64,000 nt of DNA from Octopus sinensis (taxonomy: Eukaryota), in contig NC_042999.1 of the NCBI RefSeq assembly GCF_006345805.1, forward strand, positions 11,036,001 through 11,100,000. The letters are read 5' to 3'. This document shows, one piece after another, positions 59,002 to 64,000 of this stretch. Every line of letters starts with the position of its first letter. Positions within the stretch are counted from its first letter, which is position 1. Below the pieces are notes generated by a model. The model was not told the origin of the DNA, did not search any database, and saw nothing but the letters and a program-made list of their open reading frames with translations. The position numbers and the translations under genes were made by a program.

Positions 59002-60727
59002 GTCTCTCTGTCTTCCAGTCTCTCTGTCTCTCAGTCTCTCTCTCTCTCTGTCTCTCTGTCTCTCTGTCTCTCTAGGTCTCCTCTGTCTCTCTCCTCTCTC
59101 GTCTCTCATCTCTCTGTCTCTCTGTGTCTCAGTCTCTCAGTCTCTCTGTCTCTCAGTATCTCTGTCTCTCAGTCTCTCTCTCTCTCTGTCTCTCAGTCTC
59201 TCTGTCTTCCAGTCTCTCTGTCTCTCAGTCTCTCTCTCTCTCTCTCCTCTCTCTTTCCCCTCCCTCTCTTCTCCTCCTCTCTGTCTCCTCTGTCTCTCTC
59301 TCTCCTCTGTCTCTCTCTCTCTCTGTCTCTCTGTCTCTCTGTCTCTCTGTCTCTCTGTCTCTCTGTCTCTCAGTCTCTCAGTCTCTCTTTCTCTCTGTCT
59401 CTCTGTCTCTCTGTCTCTCTGTCTCTCAGTCTCTCAGTCTCTCCTCTCTCTCTCTCAGTCTCTCTGTCTCTCTCTCTCTGTCTCTCTATCTCCCTGTCTC
59501 CCTGTCTCTCAGTCTCTGTCTCTCTGTCTCTCTGCTCTCTGTCTCTCTGTCTCTTCAGTCTCTCTGTCTCTCTGTCCTCTCAGTCTCTCTGTCTCTCAGC
59601 TCTCTGTCCTCTCTCTCTCCCTCTAAGTCTCTCTGTCTCTCTCTCTCTCTCTCAGTCTCTCTTCTGTCTCTCCTCTCTCTCTCTCTGTCTCTCTGTCCTC
59701 TCAGACTCTTCTGTCTCTCTCTCTCTCTGTCTCTCCCTGTCTCTCCTGTCTCTCTGTCTCTCAGTCTCTCTGTCTCTCTCTCCTCAGTCTCTCTGTCTCT
59801 CAGTCTCTCTGTCTCTCTCTCTCTCAGTCTCTCTGTCTCTCTGTCTCTCAGTCTCTCTGTCTCTCTCAGTCTCTCTGTCTCTCTCTCTCTCTGTCTCTCT
59901 GTCTCTCAGTCTCTCTGTCTCTCTCTCTCTCAGTCTCTCTCTCTCTCTCTGTCTCTCATCTCTCTGTCTCTCTGTCTCTCAGTCTCTCTGTCTCTCTGTC
60001 TCTCTGTCTCTCAGTCTCTCTCTCTCTCTCTCTGTCTCTCTGTCTCTCTGTCTCTCTGTCTCTCTCATCCTCCTCTCTCTCTGTCTCTCAGTCTCTCTGT
60101 CTCTCTGTCTCTCTGTCTCTCAGTCTCTCTGTCTCTCTCTGTCTCTCAGTCTCTCTGTCTCTCTGTCTCTCTGTCTCTCTGTCTCTCAGTCTCTCTGTCT
60201 CTCTCTCTCTCTGTCTCTCTGTCTCTCAGTCTCTCTGTCTCTCTCTCTCTCTGTCTCTCAATCTCTCTGTCTCTCTGTGTCTCAGTCTCTCAGTCTCTCT
60301 GTCTCTCTGTCTCTCAGTCTCTCTGTCTCTCTGTCTCTCTGTCTCTCTGTCTCTCAGTCTCTCTGTCTCTCTCTCTCTCTTCTCTCTCTGTCTCTCTGTC
60401 TCTCTGTCTCTCTCTCTCTCAGTCTCTCTCCTCTCTCTCAGTCTCTCTGTCTCTCTGTCTCTCTCTCTCTCAGTCTCTCTGTCTCTCAGTCTCTCTGTCT
60501 CTCTCTCTCTCTGTCTCTCAGTCTCTCAGTCTCTCTGTCTCTCTCTCTCTTCTCTCCTCTGTCCTCTCAGTCTCTCTGTCTCCTCTCGACTCTCTGATCA
60601 GTCTCTCTGTCTCTCAGTCTCTCTGTCTCTTTCCTCTCTCTCGTCTCTCTCCCTCTCTGTCTCTGCTGTCTCTCAGTCTCTCTCTCTCTGTCTCTCTCTC
60701 AGTCTCTCTCTGTCTCTCTCTCTCTCT
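56825..60727. repeat. About 3.9-kb pyrimidine-rich array of GTCTCTCT/GTCTCTCA 8-mers
   Basis: Direct reading. Confidence 0.95.
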
Positions 60728-61419
60728 ATGTTACGTAAAGTATCGCTAATAACTAACCACACAAGGTGTACAGTAATGAGTGAGTCACAAGATTCTTAGC
60801 TAATGTGCAGGTGTCACATGTTCGAAATAAGTGTAATGTGACTTGTCTACGCAGACAAAAGCAAATTGCTATGTTGGCACCGAGCATTTTGTTGTTGGAT
60901 GGAACAGATAGATCACCAGGTTTGACAAGCAGATAATAATAGGTTCTATTTATGACACACTGACATCAATCCGATCTATTGGAAAGTTGCATAATAGTAA
61001 AAGTTAATTTCATAGAATTTCAAGGTGTTTTTTTCTTTCTTATAAACCGAAGCAATTAATATTGAATGCTTCAGCTGTAAGTTCATTGTGGAATTATTGC
61101 TGTTTATTGCGATAATTCTAAAATAACTGGAGATAATTACTTTAATGTTAAATTTCAATTGCTATGAAATGACTTGTGAATTATGCAAATAAGCACAGAA
61201 ATTATTAACATTTTTGCTGGAGAATATTAATGTCAAAAACCAACAAAACACACAAAAAAAAAAATGGGATCAGAGTTAGTGATTGGATAATGAACATGAA
61301 AGGAAATGGTAATATTTAAATTAGAAATGTAATTAGTTACTTTCAGGTGAAAAAGAAAAAAATGTTTCATGCAATTCGTTGTTTGTAATTCATATTCAGT
61401 TTTAGTTTGCATCAACACT

Positions 61420-61441
61420 ACTGTTGTCATCATCAGCTTCC

Positions 61442-61472
<31 letters not shown>

Positions 61473-61624
61473 TATCCTCATCATCAGCTTCATCATCATC
61501 ATCATCAGCATTGTTGTTATCATCATCATTGGCATTGTCAGCGGTAGCAGAGGCATCATCATTATCATAATCATCATAACGTCATCGTCATCATCGTCAT
61601 CATCACCATCACCATCACCATCAC

Positions 61625-61656
<32 letters not shown>

Positions 61657-61937
61657 CCATCCTCATCACCATCATCATCACATCACCATCACCATCACAT
61701 CATCACATCATCATCACCATCAATCATTACCATCCATCATCACCATATCATCATCATCACCATCATCATCACCATCATCATTCACCATCACATCACCATC
61801 ATCATCATCATCATCACCATCATCATTACCATCATCATCACCATTATCATCATCATCACCATCATCATCACCATCATCATCACCATCACCATCACCATCA
61901 CCATCATCACATCATCATCAAACCATCACCATCAATC

Positions 61938-61968
<31 letters not shown>

Positions 61969-62078
61969 CACCATCACCATCATCATCACCATCATCATCA
62001 TATCATCATCATATCAAATCACATCACCATCATCATCATCATCACACACCATCATCACCATCATCATCCACCATCACC

Positions 62079-62110
<32 letters not shown>

Positions 62111-63951
62111 CCTCACCATCATCATCATCCATCATCACCATCATCATCACCCATCATCATCACCATCACCTCATCATCACCACCATCATCATCATCATCA
62201 CCATCACCCATCATCATCCATCAACCACCACCATCATCACCATCATCATCATCACATCACCACATCATCACCATCATCATCATCATCACCATCACCATCA
62301 TCATCAAATCACCATCATCATCATAATCATCACCATCACCATCATCATCATCACCATCATCATCACCATCATCATCACCATCACCATCATCATCAACACC
62401 ATCATCATCATATCATCACACCATCACCATCATCATCATCATCACATCATCATCACCATCATCATCACCATCACCATCATCACCATCATCGTCATCTCAC
62501 CATCACCATCATCAATCACATCATCATCATATCATCACCATCACCATCATCATCATCACCATCAATCATCATCATCACCACACCATCATCATCATCCCAC
62601 ACCATCATCACCATATCACCATCACCACATCATCATCATCATCATCATCATCACCACCACCATCATCATCACCATCATCATCATCATCACCATCACACCA
62701 TCATCACCATCATCATCATCATCAACCATCACCATCATCATCACCACATCATCATCATCACCATCACCATCATCACATCACCACATCATCACCTCATCAT
62801 CATCACATCCATCAACCATCACACCATCATCATCACCATCATCATCATATCATCACACCATCACCATCATCATCATCTCACCATCATCATCAACCATCAT
62901 CACACCATCACCATCATCATCACCATCATCATCATTCATCACCATCACCATCATCATCATCACCACCATCATCAACCATCATCATCACCATCACCATCAT
63001 CATCACCATCCATCATCCCATCATCACCATCATCATCATCACATCACCATCATCATCTATCATCAACCCATCACCATCATCATCATCACCCCATCATCAT
63101 CCCATCATCATCAACCATCACCATCATCATCACCATCATCATCATATCATCAACCATCACATCATCCATCACCATCATCATCCCATCATCATCACCATCA
63201 CCATCATCACCATCATCGTCAATCATCATCACCATCACCATCATCATCACCATCATCATCATATCATCACCATCACCATCATCATCATCACCACCATCAT
63301 CACCATCATCATCACCATCACCATCATCATCACCATCATCGTCATCATCACCATCACCATCATCATCACCATCATCATCATATCATCACCATCACCATCA
63401 TCATCATCACCATCATCATCACCATCATCATCACCATCACCATCATCATCACCATCATCGTCATCATCACCATCACCATCATCATCACCATCATCATCAT
63501 ATCATCACCATCACCATCATCATCATCACCATCATCATCACCATCATCACCATCACCATCATCATCACCATCATCGTCATCATCATCACCATCACCATCA
63601 TCATCATCACCACCATCACCATCATCATCATCATCATCACCATCACCATCATCATCATCACCACCATCACCATCATCATCATCATCATCACCATCACCAT
63701 CATCATCACCATCATCATCATATCATCACCATCACCATCATCATCATCACCACCACATCACCATCATCATCACCATCATCATCATATCATCACCATCACC
63801 ATCATCATCATCACCACCATCATCACCATCATCATCACCATCACCATCATCATCACCATCATCATCATATCATCACCATCACCATCATCATCATCACCAT
63901 CATCATCACCATCACCATCATCATCATCATCACCATCACCATCATCATCAC

Positions 63952-63983
<32 letters not shown>

Positions 63984-64000
63984 CCATCACCATCATCATC
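61420..64000. repeat. At least 2.6-kb (CAT/CAC)n array running off the window end
   Basis: Direct reading; about 119-bp higher-order period in the clean distal part. Confidence 0.95.

Noticed and set aside
58568-60749. SLSLSVSL ORFs of 352-641 aa
   Set aside because: Translation of the CT-rich array; open in several frames with no complexity.
61233-63721. Poly-Met/Val or poly-His ORFs, considered as a histidine-rich structural protein
   Set aside because: Pure CAT/CAC repeat with periodic frame-breaking insertions and no signal peptide or Gly-rich motifs.
56825-64000. Telomere or subtelomere
   Set aside because: No TTAGGG-type repeats present.

Overview
AT-rich animal genomic DNA dominated by transposon debris and simple repeats. 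The SINE/LINE families and very long (TA)n, (CT)n and (CAT)n arrays suggest a coleoid cephalopod, probably Octopus (inference from repeat content, not checked by search). Well supported: two copies of a CR1-group LINE (21.6-24.6 kb minus; 48.3-50.0 kb plus), many RTE 3' fragments, two tRNA-derived SINE families, an internally deleted mariner, a short non-autonomous Helitron, MITEs, Penelope RT and GIY-YIG relics, and kilobase microsatellite-derived arrays. No host protein-coding gene is recognisable by homology. Weak candidates are a minus-strand exon chain at 1.9/3.5/6.6 kb that splices in frame, and a 34-codon Kozak/YY1-context smORF in a transposon-poor, CpG-rich island (about 29.7-42.1 kb). 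The most unusual signals are Penelope-type minimal hammerhead ribozyme motifs (one inside a tRNA-headed SINE, one with stem II cleanly deleted), many long near-perfect fold-back repeats that could form dsRNA, and a covarying 3' stem-loop shared by the CR1 LINE and a SINE. Most long ORFs in the track are microsatellite artefacts. There is no CRISPR array and no prokaryotic-type system.
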